Positions 1 through 11,840 of a stretch of 64,000 nucleotides of DNA are shown here, piece by piece. How positions within the stretch are numbered: position 1 is the first letter of the stretch; each line of letters opens with the position of its first letter. The translations under genes and the position numbers were made by a program. The DNA is taken from assembly GCF_009914755.1 (NCBI RefSeq), contig NC_060925.1. One strand, given 5' to 3'. The notes beneath the pieces are model-generated. The model saw only the letters and a program-made list of their open reading frames with translations. It was not told where the DNA came from and did not search any database. The DNA is from the human T2T-CHM13v2.0 reference genome, Homo sapiens.

Positions 1-374
1 CATTTCTCCCCCAGCTCATCTCCACTCCCACCCTAACCAGTGCCAACCACACCACTCCCCACTTCTTAATGAGAAATTTCCACCTCCTCTGCCTTCCCAA
101 ACATGCATATTTCCAACTCTGTGCTCCTGCCTCTCACCTGGTTTTTCCTACAGTAGAAACTCACCTCTCTCCCTCATCCATCACCTAGCAACTTCCCCCT
201 ACTTGCATTTGTTATGGAGTGAGACTTTTCCTTTTGTTCTGCCCGATCTGCACATGATCCCTATTTTTCTGTCTTTTCCATTTCTTTCTTCTTTCAAACC
301 TCCTTACCCACATGGGTCTTCACACTGCCTGCTTCAGTTCCAGAAGGAGGACTCTCTTCCTGCTTGCCCTAGTG

Positions 375-544
375 TAGTGGTTCTCCAAGCGTGGTCCCTG
401 AACCAGCAGTGTCAGCATCACCTGAGAAGTATCAGAAATGCAAATGTTCAGGCCCCACCCCTAGACCTACAGAATCAGAAACTCTGGGGACAGTAATCAG
501 CCTTCCAGGTGACTGTGATGCATGCTAAAGTTTGCAAACCGCTG
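375..544 (+). mobile_element. MER5A-like hAT-Charlie DNA transposon relic
   Basis: Starts 'tagtggttctccaag', ends 'agtttgcaaaccgctg'. Internal 'agcatcacctgagaag...gaaatgcaaat...aggccccaccctagacctac' resembles the MER5A consensus. Confidence 0.8.
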
Positions 545-741
545 CCCTGGGAGAAAGCTTGTCTTCTCGTTATGCTCTAGGTCCCTAAGGTTGAGTCTAC
601 ACTCCCACTCAGGAACTAGCTCCAAAGACACATAGCCTTTGCTGCAAACCGTTTCTGAAACCCAGAAGGCAGGAGAAATCTCGACAGAAAGTGATGGCTT
701 TATAATAATGGAAATGAATTCGATTTTTTAAACCTTTTTAA

Positions 742-950
742 ATGTATAAAGCATTTTCATGTATTGTCACTCAACAATCCTATGCCACAGTCAGAGAGGG
801 TATTATTATTCCCATGTTACAGATGAAAAAACTGAGGCCAGAAAAGGTGATGTACCTTTATCAAAGCAACCCAACATGCCAGAGGAGGCACAAGGACCAG
901 AATTTGAGTCTTATGACTCTAACAGCAGAGCTCTTTCTACTATATCATAC
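742..950 (-). mobile_element. MIR SINE relic
   Basis: 'attattattcccatgttacagatgaaaaaactgaggc' is the antisense MIR core. Confidence 0.75.
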
Positions 951-1371
951 CAGGACCCAGTCTTTCTGGGCAGATCTATTGGTGCATAACCTGAATTCTC
1001 TCGGTGAAATGATTCTGCCACAACTACTCATTGTCTGTTGATAAGATGAAATAAAAATTCTGATGCTGCCTCCACAGTGACTCATTGTCTCTTTCTGATA
1101 TCGTCCACAGTGCCCCTCTATTAAAGAAAGGGAACTTTGTGTTATAAAATAAGATGCAAAAGAAAAGTTTCTCATTTCTTATTACCCCTTTCTTGAACCC
1201 TGTTGCTAATTGGGGTTTAGAACTTAAGCAGAAAGAGAACCCTTCATTTCTGGACATTTTCTTGGTACACGGCACCATAAGAAACTTGTACACAGATAAA
1301 CTGGTGAATAAAAGCCCATTGATAAGCACTCCCCTAATTCAAGATATGTTTATAGAATAAGGTGAATCCAC

Positions 1372-1590
1372 ATAGCTAATGTTTAATGAGCAGTTAGTAT
1401 GTGCCAGACACTATGCCAAACATCGTATTTGAGTTATCTATTTAATTTTCAGAACAAATTTACAAAGCCAACACCTTTATCATCTCCCTTTTACAGATGG
1501 AGAAACAGAGACGCGTCATTTAAAAGTGGCAGAGCTGGTATCTAGCACCAAACCTGATGCTTCCAGCCTCTGCTCTACTCCTTGCTTTAA
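1372..1590 (-). mobile_element. MIR SINE relic
   Basis: 'tatgtgccagacact' and 'ttttacagatggagaaacagag'. Confidence 0.7.
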
Positions 1591-2049
1591 CACAAAGGTA
1601 GTGCCATCATAGGACACTTTCTACCAGCACTAAAACAGCGGAACAAAGGCCTCCTCCAAATCTCACGCTGCCCCGGCCAGTGTCCACGGGGTAAAGGCCC
1701 CAAGGAAAGAGAGCAGGGCTGCAAATGGGCCTGAGTCGCAAGTGGAAGCTAATCAATATTAACCAGGCATCAGAATCTTCAATTAGCCTTTGGGAAAATA
1801 ATATAGTCACAAGAAGTCAATAAGTCCAATGTTTAAAAAGAGCTATAGTAAACAAGAAAAATGTAAAAGAAAGAACAGGAATATAAAGAGCAGAGGGACA
1901 AAAGTGTGTGGACATGAATAACACAAGGAAACGGAACATTAAAACTAGTCCAAGCTTTTTTTTTCTAATCAAAACACTCTTAAATGCCAAAAAGTAATCA
2001 CAGAGGACCATAGTTTGAGAAGTACAGACGTAGTGCAGGCCCCGCTTAC

Positions 2050-2150
2050 AAGAGGACACCAGCATAATCTTCCAAAGAGGCCAGGGCATAATTTCAGGGA
2101 GGAGAATTAAGCTGAACCTAAAGTAAAGCATTCTAGCATCGTCTTCTTTC
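2050..2150 (-). other. Candidate 101-nt internal exon of a minus-strand transcript
   Basis: On the minus strand: branch-like 'cttaac', a polypyrimidine tract and acceptor 'ccttttctgtttatttgtttcag|G' at 2151/2150, then donor 'CTT|GTAAGC' at 2050/2049. Lies in non-repeat sequence. Confidence 0.5.
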
Positions 2151-2759
2151 CTGAAACAAATAAACAGAAAAGGCAAGCAGAGTTAAGTGCTCGTGAGAAA
2201 GGAATTCATCACCTTGGACTCTACATTCCCCAGGCTTAGAGCTCTGGCCCAGGAATGTAGAGCTCTGGGTTCTTTTCCAGCTACTGCTCCTGACTTGCTA
2301 GCTGCAGTTGGCACAGGACATCTCAACTGGCCACAACTCACGTTTCTTACAGGAACACAGTGATTGCAAGCCCTGCTCCTGCCTCTGGGCTGTCCTGCCC
2401 GCCTCTGAACTTCCCAGTCTATACTCACTCCTCTTGGGAAGCCCTGCCCTCTCCAGGCACCCACCACTCCTCTCCAGAATCAGTGCTTCAATCTTGCCTC
2501 TTCAGCTCTAGGCCGCTTTTCCAGAGGTTTGCTGGACAGTTCCTCACATCTCAGACCCTGCACACTATACTCTTCTCTAAACAGACCCTGCATGCTATAC
2601 TGTCTCTAAACAATCACTCTCCCCCATCCTCCATTCCTGCTGGGCTCCCTGTGCTTACTTGTGACATTACTCTGCCCAAGTCCCACAAGGGACCCTAAGC
2701 CTAACCCTAACCCCAACAAGTACAGACATTTCTGGCTTCTTTTTCTCCATTCCCTTCCT

Positions 2760-3445
2760 AAATTGGTTTTTAAATCTTGTCATATTTTTGAAGTATTTCT
2801 CAACTTCATTTCCTCCCATCCATTGATGCTGCCATATGAGAGGTTATTCAACCCCCAGCACCTGCACAACCTCCTGCCCTCTCTTAAATAACTGATCTCC
2901 CTGCCCTCATTTCTTTCTCTGCCCACCCACAAACCTTCTTGCACACTACACTACCACCAGAGTACCACTGAACAGATACCATAAAGTGGATCATCTGTGC
3001 AATCATCTTTGATGGGCTCCATTGCACCTCCTTGTCCTGCCTGACAATGAGTTTGTCCCGTTTGCCTATCCAGGTTTTCTATCCCACACACATGCATGAT
3101 TCCTCTGCTGTCCCTTCTGCCCGGAATGTCCCCACCCTTGATCTGCCTATTAACTCTCAGCTTCTTCCCTAAACCCATTACCTCAAGCTAAAAATTCTCC
3201 TTTCCAAACCTTTTTCAGAATTCTCCCAATCAGAAGGAACCCCCTCCATCCCAATAGCACCACCTTGCTGTAAGGCCCTCTGACAGCCCACATCACAGGC
3301 ATAGTTTATTCTTAAGATTTATATTTTCTGAGCCTCTCAACTGACTGTGTGCTCCAAAAAGACAGACTCTTTTACTTACTCTCCTTACTATTAATTCTCA
3401 TTAACTCACAGAGAGCAGGTGTTGAGTAAATGTCGGCTAAATTTG
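2760..3445 (+). mobile_element. L2 LINE 3' relic
   Basis: Pyrimidine-rich L2-like motifs ('actgatctccctgccc', 'cccttctgcccggaatgtccc'), ending in an L2 tail-like 'gcaggtgttgagtaaatgtc'. Confidence 0.55.
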
Positions 3446-3972
3446 ATTTTGAGTTCGTGAAAAAAAAATCTGAAAAATCGCCGAGGATTCTTTATGGTAG
3501 AAACATGTTAGACTTCTGCAGCCTTCTGGTCAAGACTGAAGTCAACAGAATGCTAATGACACTCAGGGTCAGCTGCACAGGTACATAAGGCATTTGCAAA
3601 CTAACCCAATAGCCTGGTCAGGGCAGTGTGGAATTCATCAAGAGCAAAAGGAGCACCTGGCATTGTCACACAGGCCATGAGAATGTAATTAAATTGAAGA
3701 TAAAGGGAGTTTAAATTTGCAATATAATATTTTAAAAAGCCACGAGAGTGGAGGAGGTTTATTGCCAAATGCCCCTGTGTGTTTATGTAATCAACATACC
3801 ACCTAGGATAATACCACATTTAAAGCTTTTAATAAAACAGTCATTTGGATATTAGATTTGAATTCTGGTCAGCATGCTAAAGCTCTTCCGTAAATCTTTT
3901 AAAAGCAATTTCCACTTCGTAGCTTCCTAGTAACAGTAGAAACATGAATCAACATATGCTGCATTGATTTAG

Positions 3973-3988
3973 GGTTTCCATGGAAACC
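3973..3988. promoter_or_regulatory. Perfect palindromic RFX X-box (GGTTTCCATGGAAACC)
   Basis: 16-bp perfect palindrome containing GTTNCCATGGNAAC. A second X-box-like 'gcttcctagtaac' sits at 3922-3934. Confidence 0.6.
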
Positions 3989-4229
3989 GGAAGGACACAT
4001 GGAAGGGCAGGACAGAAGGAGGTCACTTGGCCCAAAATTCTACTTTAAAAAATGCACCTCTATCTCATTCCTCTGAGCATTAGCAGCCTCATTTCCTGTT
4101 CATCAGTTCAAGCATCCACATATTTAATTTGTAATAACGCTGCTCAACTCCTCATAAGGAACATCAGAGGGGACATGGAGAAAAGTCAGCAGCTGAAGCT
4201 GTGTGCCCATGAGGTTTTCAAAGAAAACC

Positions 4230-5015
4230 AAGAAGCACAGGATTTGGAATCAGAAGAAAGGGCCTTTGGTACTAACTCTGCAATTAACTAGCTCCATGAC
4301 ACTAACTACTTCTACTAGCTCTGTGACCACCAACGAACATCACCAAGACATTTCAACTTCAATTTCCTCATCTGTAAAACACAAATTAACACACCTGCCC
4401 GGTCTATTTCTCAGGGCGATTATATGCAAAGAAATGAGAAAGTCTATGGGGGAAATGCCCTGTAAATTCCAGTACATCACACCCTATTATTATATTTGAA
4501 GATGATCTTGGCTTCCCTTTAAATGGAATTTTGCCAGTGAGCAAGGAGATGAAAAAAACAAAAAAAAAGTTTCCTAATTTAGTGGAGATTAGACTGACTG
4601 GAAAAGAAAGTGTGGTGGATTTGACAGCCCTGAGCTTCAACCCCAACTCCGTAATTTTCCAGATTAAGGGCAGATCCAGAACTGTGGGCAAGCTACTCGC
4701 CCTGTCTGAGTATCATTTTCATCATGGATAAAATGAAGATAATAACAATAGCAATGTCATAGTCTCGTTATAAGGATTGAATTAGATAATGTAATGCAGT
4801 CTTCATCACAATTCTTGACAAACGGCAAATAGCTGTTCTGTGTGAGCCACTTTTATCATTATTCGTAGTCTTTTCAACTATATTTTATCATCTGTAAAAT
4901 GGTAATTAAATTTCCTACTACTTCCTCATTTTACATAGAGGATTACTTAGATGTCTGTTCAGCTATTTAATAAGCTGTTTGGGGAAAGGTGCTATATAAA
5001 TAGAATGCCATTATT
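4230..5015 (+). mobile_element. Cluster of MIR/MIR3 relics
   Basis: Repeated 'tttcctcatctgtaaaa' and 'tcatctgtaaaatgg' cores, plus a MIR-like 3' end 'aaggattgaattagataat'. Confidence 0.6.
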
Positions 5016-5429
5016 TAAAGTTTCACTTTTTTACCACCTGCTCAGCGAGGTGAGACAAAAATGTATAAGATAGCACATCTGTAATGATTCTCCAGCTGCT
5101 CAGTGGCTGGGGGTTACGTAAGTCTCTGTTACCTTTCTCATTTCCTTTTGTTCCTCTTGAGCATTCATTTGTCTCCTCACTGCTCACTGCAGGGTTTTCC
5201 TCTTGCCAGCCTCTTTTCTTTATTCACTACTTTATACTCCCCCTTCTAAGTGTGTCTAGAAAGAAATTTCAAAGTTAAATTTTGGAGGCTTTGGTGTCTA
5301 AGCCTGCGATTCTTCCTTAGGTCTCCTCAAATGAAATGGTATAGCAACAGCAAAGGAAATGAAACAAAATCAGGAGATGTTAGAGGATTACACAGTGCTG
5401 CCTCGCAGACAATGGCCATCAGGGTTAAA

Positions 5430-5780
5430 AATAAAGCTGAAGAAACACCTCAGCCAAATGTAATACATGGACTTTGTGTTGAATCCTGATTCAAATGTAA
5501 AATTTTAAAAATAATACAGTGCAATTGAGAAAATCTAAACACTGATTAGATATTTAATAGTATTAAGACATTATCGTTATTTTTTAGTGCAATTTTGATA
5601 TTGAGGCTTTTTTAAGAGACCTTATCTTTTAGAGGTATACTCTGAAATATTTATAGTTGAAATGATATGCTATCATGAACAGCTTCAACATCATCTTGGG
5701 TGGGAAGCTGGGTGGTAGGTACGTAGGGACTCATTGTTCTGTTCTCTTGACTTGTGTATATTTGAAATTGTGCCTACAAT
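5430..5780 (+). mobile_element. Old L1M (L1ME-like) 3' UTR relic
   Basis: 'ccttatcttttagaggtatactctgaaatatttatagttgaaatgatatg' resembles L1ME 3' ends. Confidence 0.6.
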
Positions 5781-6379
5781 GTGTGGCTTCAGTAAAATAA
5801 GCCAACAAAGTACAAGAAAACTGAAATACAGAAGGAGGAGACTATTTGAATGGAACTTGATTTTCTGTACATTTTCCATTGTAAGTTTTTCTCCCCTTGA
5901 ATAAATCCATTTTAAGAAAAGTCTATTATTTTATGCCTAGGGAGCAGGTGCTAAAATTCACAGAGGTTTAGAGTGGGTATAACTCCTAGACATCACCTAC
6001 AGAAACTAAACTTTGAAGACTTTGTCCAATGTCACATTTCTTAGAGGCATAGCCAGGACTCCAACTCAGAGTTCCTGGATGGAATCCAGCCACATCCTTT
6101 GTTCCCACTGCTGAGCTGCCCATCTATACAGGCAGAATTCAGGGCCATATGTTAACACTGGACAAGGAGAGAAATGATGGCCTGTTTGCTCACCTCCACA
6201 GCCCTTCTCTGTTCCTACTATGATCACAGCCTTAAACACTGAACTCAGGTTTTACAAATGACCTTTCCAGTGGCCAACTAGTTTCTGTGAGGGCAGCTGA
6301 AGGGCAGGAAGGTAGAGTGGAGAGAGAGAGCTTATGCAACATACACAACTCTTCACACCCTCACAACCTGATCTCCTGT

Positions 6380-8305
6380 CCCATCAAGATCATCAAGGCC
6401 TCAGGTATGAAATACCTGGACCTCTTTTCACTTACTAACAACTCCTACTAATCTATCCATATTACACACACCCTGACCTCCTTCCAGCTGCCCTCAGATG
6501 TGTCTATTTAAGGTGAATTCTTCCTCCTGTGGCCTTCCACCTATTCTTTCCCATGGACCCTCCTTTATGAACTCTATCTTTATTTTCTCTTTCTCACATG
6601 TTATTCTGCACTTAACAAAAACAATGTTCATCTCTTTTATTTAAAAAAATTCCCCTTGGGAAACACCCTTGGGTGTTTCTCCTTTTATCAGCAAAACTGC
6701 TTGAAAGAGTCTCCTCTGCTTCCTCACTTCCTATCCCCTCCTAACCCCTTTGCCATTTGGCTTCCATTCCCACCATTCCCCCGAAACACAGCCTCCATAC
6801 TGTGAGGTTCAAGTGGAAATGTTCCAGTACTTGTCTTTATGAACCTCTTTGCTGCCTTTGCCATGGTGACCATTCATTTCTTGGATCTCTCTCTTTTGAC
6901 TTCCCAACATTACACTCCCCTGGCTGCCCTTCCCCTTGGTCTCCTTTGCTGGCTCCTCCTCCTCTGTCCACCCCATAAACACTGGTATTTTCCTTCCTCT
7001 CTAATCTTAGCTTCCTGCCTCTCTCACCTTGCATGCTACTTGGGCAATCTCATCCTTGCCCATAGTCCTAACTACATTGGGTATATTGACCATTTCTAAA
7101 TATTTTTGTCCAACTCTAGCCCCTCTCCCATCATGTAGACACCAATAGCTCCCAATCATGTAGACTCCGATAGTCCTTGGGTTGCTGAACATACCCCTCA
7201 GATATCCTACAGGCCTAACAACTGCAAATATATCTAAATAATGGACACATCATATTCCCATCTTTTCTTGGCCCATTTTATCCGCCGCCCTCACCACGCC
7301 CACCTCCCACTCCACCCGCACCCCCTACACACACATATAAACCTTGGCTTCCTCTGGAATTGCTGATCTCAGTTTCTGGCACCACCATCTACTGAGTAAC
7401 TCAAGCCAGAAATAGGAAAGTAATTACAGGCAACTCCCTTTCTCTCATCTCCTGTCGACAACCAATTACCAAATCATACTGATTAAATCTTTCATAGTTT
7501 TCAAATCTGTCTCCTCCCCTCCATCCTCGCTACCACTGCTCTGGCTCATGTCCTTACGGTCCTGGTTCACGTCCTCACAGTCTCTGGTCCCCATGAGACA
7601 GCCTATTTTCTTAAATTCAGCTCCAATCTGCAGCCATAATCACCTGGTTAGTCACAAACATGACTGCATTTCCTTCTCCTCAAAACCTTTAAGCCCTCCT
7701 ACTCTAGGGATAAAGTTCCAGCTTAAGAAGGATCCTGATACACAAACACCCCAAGGTCTGGCTACCTTGAGAGTCACCTACCACTTCCCTGGCTTGTCCT
7801 TCAGGCCCCAATAACTCTACACTTTCCATAATCATGAGCACATATCACAGGGTTCCATGGCTTTGGGCCTCCTTTATTTCATTTCCTCTGCCCAGAATGT
7901 CCTTGATCTGAGTGAGTCCTGCTCATCCTCAAGCTGCACTTCAGGACGACTTCTCCAAAAGCCTCACCTGAACACCCAAGTTCAGGAAATGCCCTCTGTG
8001 CTCCTATGGCTTCCAGGCACACTTCTCTATGTCAGCACCTGGCATAGCTAGGTACCTGCAACTCTCTTCTCCTAACCAGATCCTAAGTTCATCAAGGGCA
8101 GAAAGCATGGGTTCATTCATTCATTCATTCATCTGACTAACATTTAAGTGTCTCCTATGTGCCAAGCAAGGTCCCAGGCATGGGTACATTACATTCCCTA
8201 TGTACATTGCCTAGGTAAAAAACGTATTTTTCATCTCTACACCTCCAAAATGTAGCACGGTCCCCGGCAACAGGAAAAGGCTCAGTTAATGTATGTTGAG
8301 CTGAC
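6380..8305 (+). mobile_element. L2 relic interrupted by an antisense L2 tail at about 8111-8200
   Basis: L2 motifs 'ggcaccaccatctactgagtaactcaagccagaaa' and 'gggataaagttccagct'. An antisense (TTCA)n tail lies at 8111-8131, and the sense tail resumes at about 8225-8300. Confidence 0.7.
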
Positions 8306-8364
8306 ACGAGCCCCCCAGCAGGTAGGTGAGGAAACTGTGTTTGGTGTAGGATGCTGGCCAACAG

Positions 8365-8560
8365 AGACAGTGTGGAGTCACAGAGTGGCACAGGCTCCAG
8401 GGTCAGCAACAAGGGTTCAAGCTCCAACTCTGCCCCTTTATGGCAGGCTCTCCTTGGCTTAGGACCTTGCCTTCTCATCTCTGAAATCAGAATTACTAAG
8501 GCAATGCCCACTTCCTGTGTTACTGCAAGAATTCAGTGAAATATATAAGTAAACATGGGC
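8365..8560 (+). mobile_element. MIR relic
   Basis: 'gggttcaagctccaactctgcccctt' and 'ttctcatctctgaaat'. Confidence 0.55.
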
Positions 8561-9637
8561 TGTAAATCACTTAGGCTTATGAAAACATTGAGTCACAGGG
8601 AGAACATCAGAGTCCGAGAAGGCAGAAGCCCCACACCCAGTGGGGAGAGGTGTGGAGGCTGCATGGATGGGACAGGAGGGCCAAAGGTGGAGAAGCAGAG
8701 GGATGTAGTTTTCAAAGCCATGGAGCTGAGAGGCAAGCATGAAACCCTGTCACAACTGAAATGTGGCTTTCCCTCCTATCGCTCAGTGCCAGGGTGCTGG
8801 TTATCAATCTCTTCCCCTTCTCAGATAGTAACAAAAGCTTTACCATTTGCCATCAGAGTCTACAGCTGTGGGCAGAGAGCAGCTTCAGCACTCTCCCCCT
8901 TCTCTGAATATAAAATAAGCTCTTTCTAATCCTCCATTTTTAATGACTTCAGGCAATGGCTTTCATGTCCTCACTCCTAGCTCCATTCTAGCCAGACACC
9001 TAGAATCACGCAGCAAGGAGAATCCACAGCCATCAGACCCAGGAGTGGGGTTCGGCCACAGCAACAGCAGCAGGGAATAGTGGAGTGGAGTCTGGGACTC
9101 TGGGGACAGTTCTCCCACTGGTATTTGCTCCGAAATTCACACAGAACTGGGAACTGAGAGCACTCAGTGAGACGCCTTGCTTGCGGGCATGTGCTGGTGC
9201 ACGTTAATGTCTGAGCTGGAGGCGGGAGGAGGGACGAGGGCTGTGTGGGTGCACTCCGATGCACGGAGATGCTGAGCAAATTCCCCCTGACACTTTTCCT
9301 TGAGAGACAAGGCCCTGGGAGGAATCAACCTTAAGCCACTCAGCTTTTCTGAGACCCTCTTCCTTCTAGAACCTTTTACTGCTGAATTCAAAAGCCTTTG
9401 GGAAATTCCATACAGAGAACACTGACCAATTCCATGCAGAGAACACTGGCAAAGGTTCTGATGATGATGCTGATATTTCTTGGACGTGAAAAATACCCCC
9501 CAGGCACAGAGGGGAAGCAAGAAAGCATTTCTGACATCTCTAGAAATGTAGGTGTTTGGACAAAGAAGAAACCAGAAAGCATAAAACAGAGAGCCTGGAA
9601 TAGAATAGACAGGAAAATTGTTCTAAGTCATAAAGTC

Positions 9638-9720
9638 ATTATATTAACAAAACTTACATTTGTATAGCGCAGTCACAAGCTGGGTTGTGCTATACAAATG
9701 TGAGTTTTGTTACTTATAAT
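9638..9720 (+). repeat. Inverted repeat forming a long hairpin
   Basis: 9645-9671 pairs with 9686-9712 (27 bp; the 2 mismatches are G-U on the + strand). The stem extends inward by 3 pairs, and 'attata' (9638-9643) pairs with 'tataat' (9715-9720). Confidence 0.9.
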
Positions 9721-9735
9721 CACAAGTCACAAGTT

Positions 9736-9897
9736 GGAGCTGGGATTGAGAAAGGAAGATGGAGAACAAAAAGGACATTTGAGGCTTAGCACCTGCTAAG
9801 TTGGAAGAACAGGCATATTTCTGCACCCTTGCTCCTGGCAAGAGTGGTGGGCTTAAAGGTTCTGAAGGGTCTGTTAGAGAGTAAATGGGGATGATGA
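9736..9897 (+). repeat. Local dispersed duplication A, copy 1 (partner 11563-11720)
   Basis: About 160 bp direct repeat at roughly 85% identity, with a 30-nt exact core 'aaaggacatttgaggcttagcacctgctaa'. Confidence 0.9.
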
Positions 9898-11562
9898 TAC
9901 AAGGACAGGTGCTTTCACTTCTCTGGCTGAACTTCCTCGAGTTTTTTTTACCCCCCTTGAGCCTCAATTTGTTCTAGGAAGTTGGGAGAATTAAACAGCA
10001 TCATGTGGGCAAGTACCTGGCAAAGTTGTTCAGCACATCTTGACCACTGGGAGCTATCATTCCTTTCAGCTGATCCTCACAAGCTCCTTTGAAAGTGAGC
10101 CAGACACTTGTTATCACTCATTTTACAGATGAAGCTGCTCAGTGGCCCTGAGTGGAGGGCCCAGGGTAATTCAATTAATGGCCCTAAGAAGACTTGAACC
10201 CAGGACCTCCAGTACTTTTTCCACCCCAACTCTGCCTATTCAGCTCATGCTGCTGCTGACCCATGGCTGAGATCCACACTTGGAGGGTTTTTCTTAACAG
10301 AAAGATGAGGGTTTGGCTCAGCTGTCCATCCACACTCTTGCTCTGTCCTCTAAGAGCCCCTTGCTATAGTGGCATGGCTGTTGTGACTAAGGAACCATGT
10401 TCTCCAGGTCAGAGTTCACTGACCCACGGGAGAAAGACCTTCACCTAACTGGCATGTTTCATTCACCTGGACAAGAATAAGAGCAAGTTTTCAGATCCCT
10501 TTTTGTGTTAGACACTATGTGGAAAAAATCTTTAAACAAAGAAGAAGCTAGAAGGATGTGATACCCAAGGGAGGCTTACCTTGACCTGGCCATGGTGAGA
10601 TGTGGGCCACACTACACACTCTACTGCCCACTCACTTATCACCTTTCCAGTCTAACACACACTTCTTTCAGGAAACCTGCTCTAAGAATGGGTGGAGAAC
10701 AAACAGTTAATAAAGACTAGTTTACTGGAGTGATTGCTCACAGGACTCTCATTCTCAAAATAATAACAGCCATCATCAGCGTAATACCATGTTGCATGTT
10801 CAGAGCTTTTAACTGTAACCAAGAACTACTATGATCTCATGAATACAGTTATCTCACTCCCACTTGCCAGCACCTCCTCCATTTTCCAGGAAAACTCTAA
10901 AGTTCTTCAAATCTGTAAGAACAAACAATCCAGAATTAACCCAGACTTCAGGATGGGGTAAGCTTTCCTTCATTATTTCATTAGACTCTAAGCACCCCAA
11001 GGTCAGGACCTACAAACACTTGCAAGCCAGGTTCTCAGTATGTAGTTCAACAATAGGTTGATATTGAGTCACCATTCTATCACAGAAAGAGAAGAGCAAC
11101 CCTCTTCCCAGTGCTCAAAAAAAAAAAAAAAAAAAAAAAGTCACTGACTAGACAGTGCTGAGAAGTACCCATTTAGCTGATGCCACGGACTCTTCAGTCC
11201 CTGTAGGAGGCAACCGTGCCCTCAACTCACTGCTTAGAAATTGGTGACCTCCAATTTTAATCTCCCTCCAACTCATTGTGATTGTGAGTTCTTCTGCATC
11301 GGAATGTGTGACCAACGTTAGTCACCAGCAACACCAAAGACCTGCACATGTACTGGAAACAAAACAGATTCTGTGTGCTGCCAGACTGCTGTGCAAGCAA
11401 CCCATTTAAAACAACAGCAGAAAAAGACATGAATGAAACTAAAAATAAAGAGACAGTGTTATCGTCCAGATATCAACCTACAATATTTTCAGAGCCCCCT
11501 AAGGGAGCTGAGGGAAGAAACAGGATCACCTTTGAGGAGAAAGCAGGTGTTAGGGGACCTGA

Positions 11563-11720
11563 GGAGTTAGGGTTGAGGAAGGAGGATGGAGAACACAAAG
11601 GACATTTGAGGCTTAGCACCTGCTAACTGGGAAGAACAGGCATATTTCTACACCCTTGCTCCTGGCGGAGGTGGCGGGCTTAATAGCTCTGAGGAGTCAG
11701 AGAGTAAATGGGGACAATGA
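11563..11720 (+). repeat. Local dispersed duplication A, copy 2 (partner 9736-9897)
   Basis: Same alignment as copy 1, with a 4-nt indel near the 3' end. Confidence 0.9.
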
Positions 11721-11840
11721 CAGGAGGCCAGAACCTTTTCTGCCCTGCAGTGCCCTGCACCTCTCAGCAAGACTTATAGCCTGGGCTGACCTGCCCAGGG
11801 ACCCACTCAGGCCCTGATGGAAGCAGCTGCTCTTTCTTAC

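Noticed and set aside
2694-2713. Telomere-like 'ccctaagcctaaccctaaccc'
   Set aside because: Only about three imperfect units, too short to call an interstitial telomeric sequence.
6660-6679. 9-bp inverted repeat gaaacaccc-tt-gggtgtttc
   Set aside because: Short, inside a decayed L2, and compatible with chance.
11117-11139. Orphan poly(A)23 (also 12581-12595 and 53396-53410)
   Set aside because: No upstream retroelement or retrocopy body and no convincing TSD, so a simple mononucleotide run.
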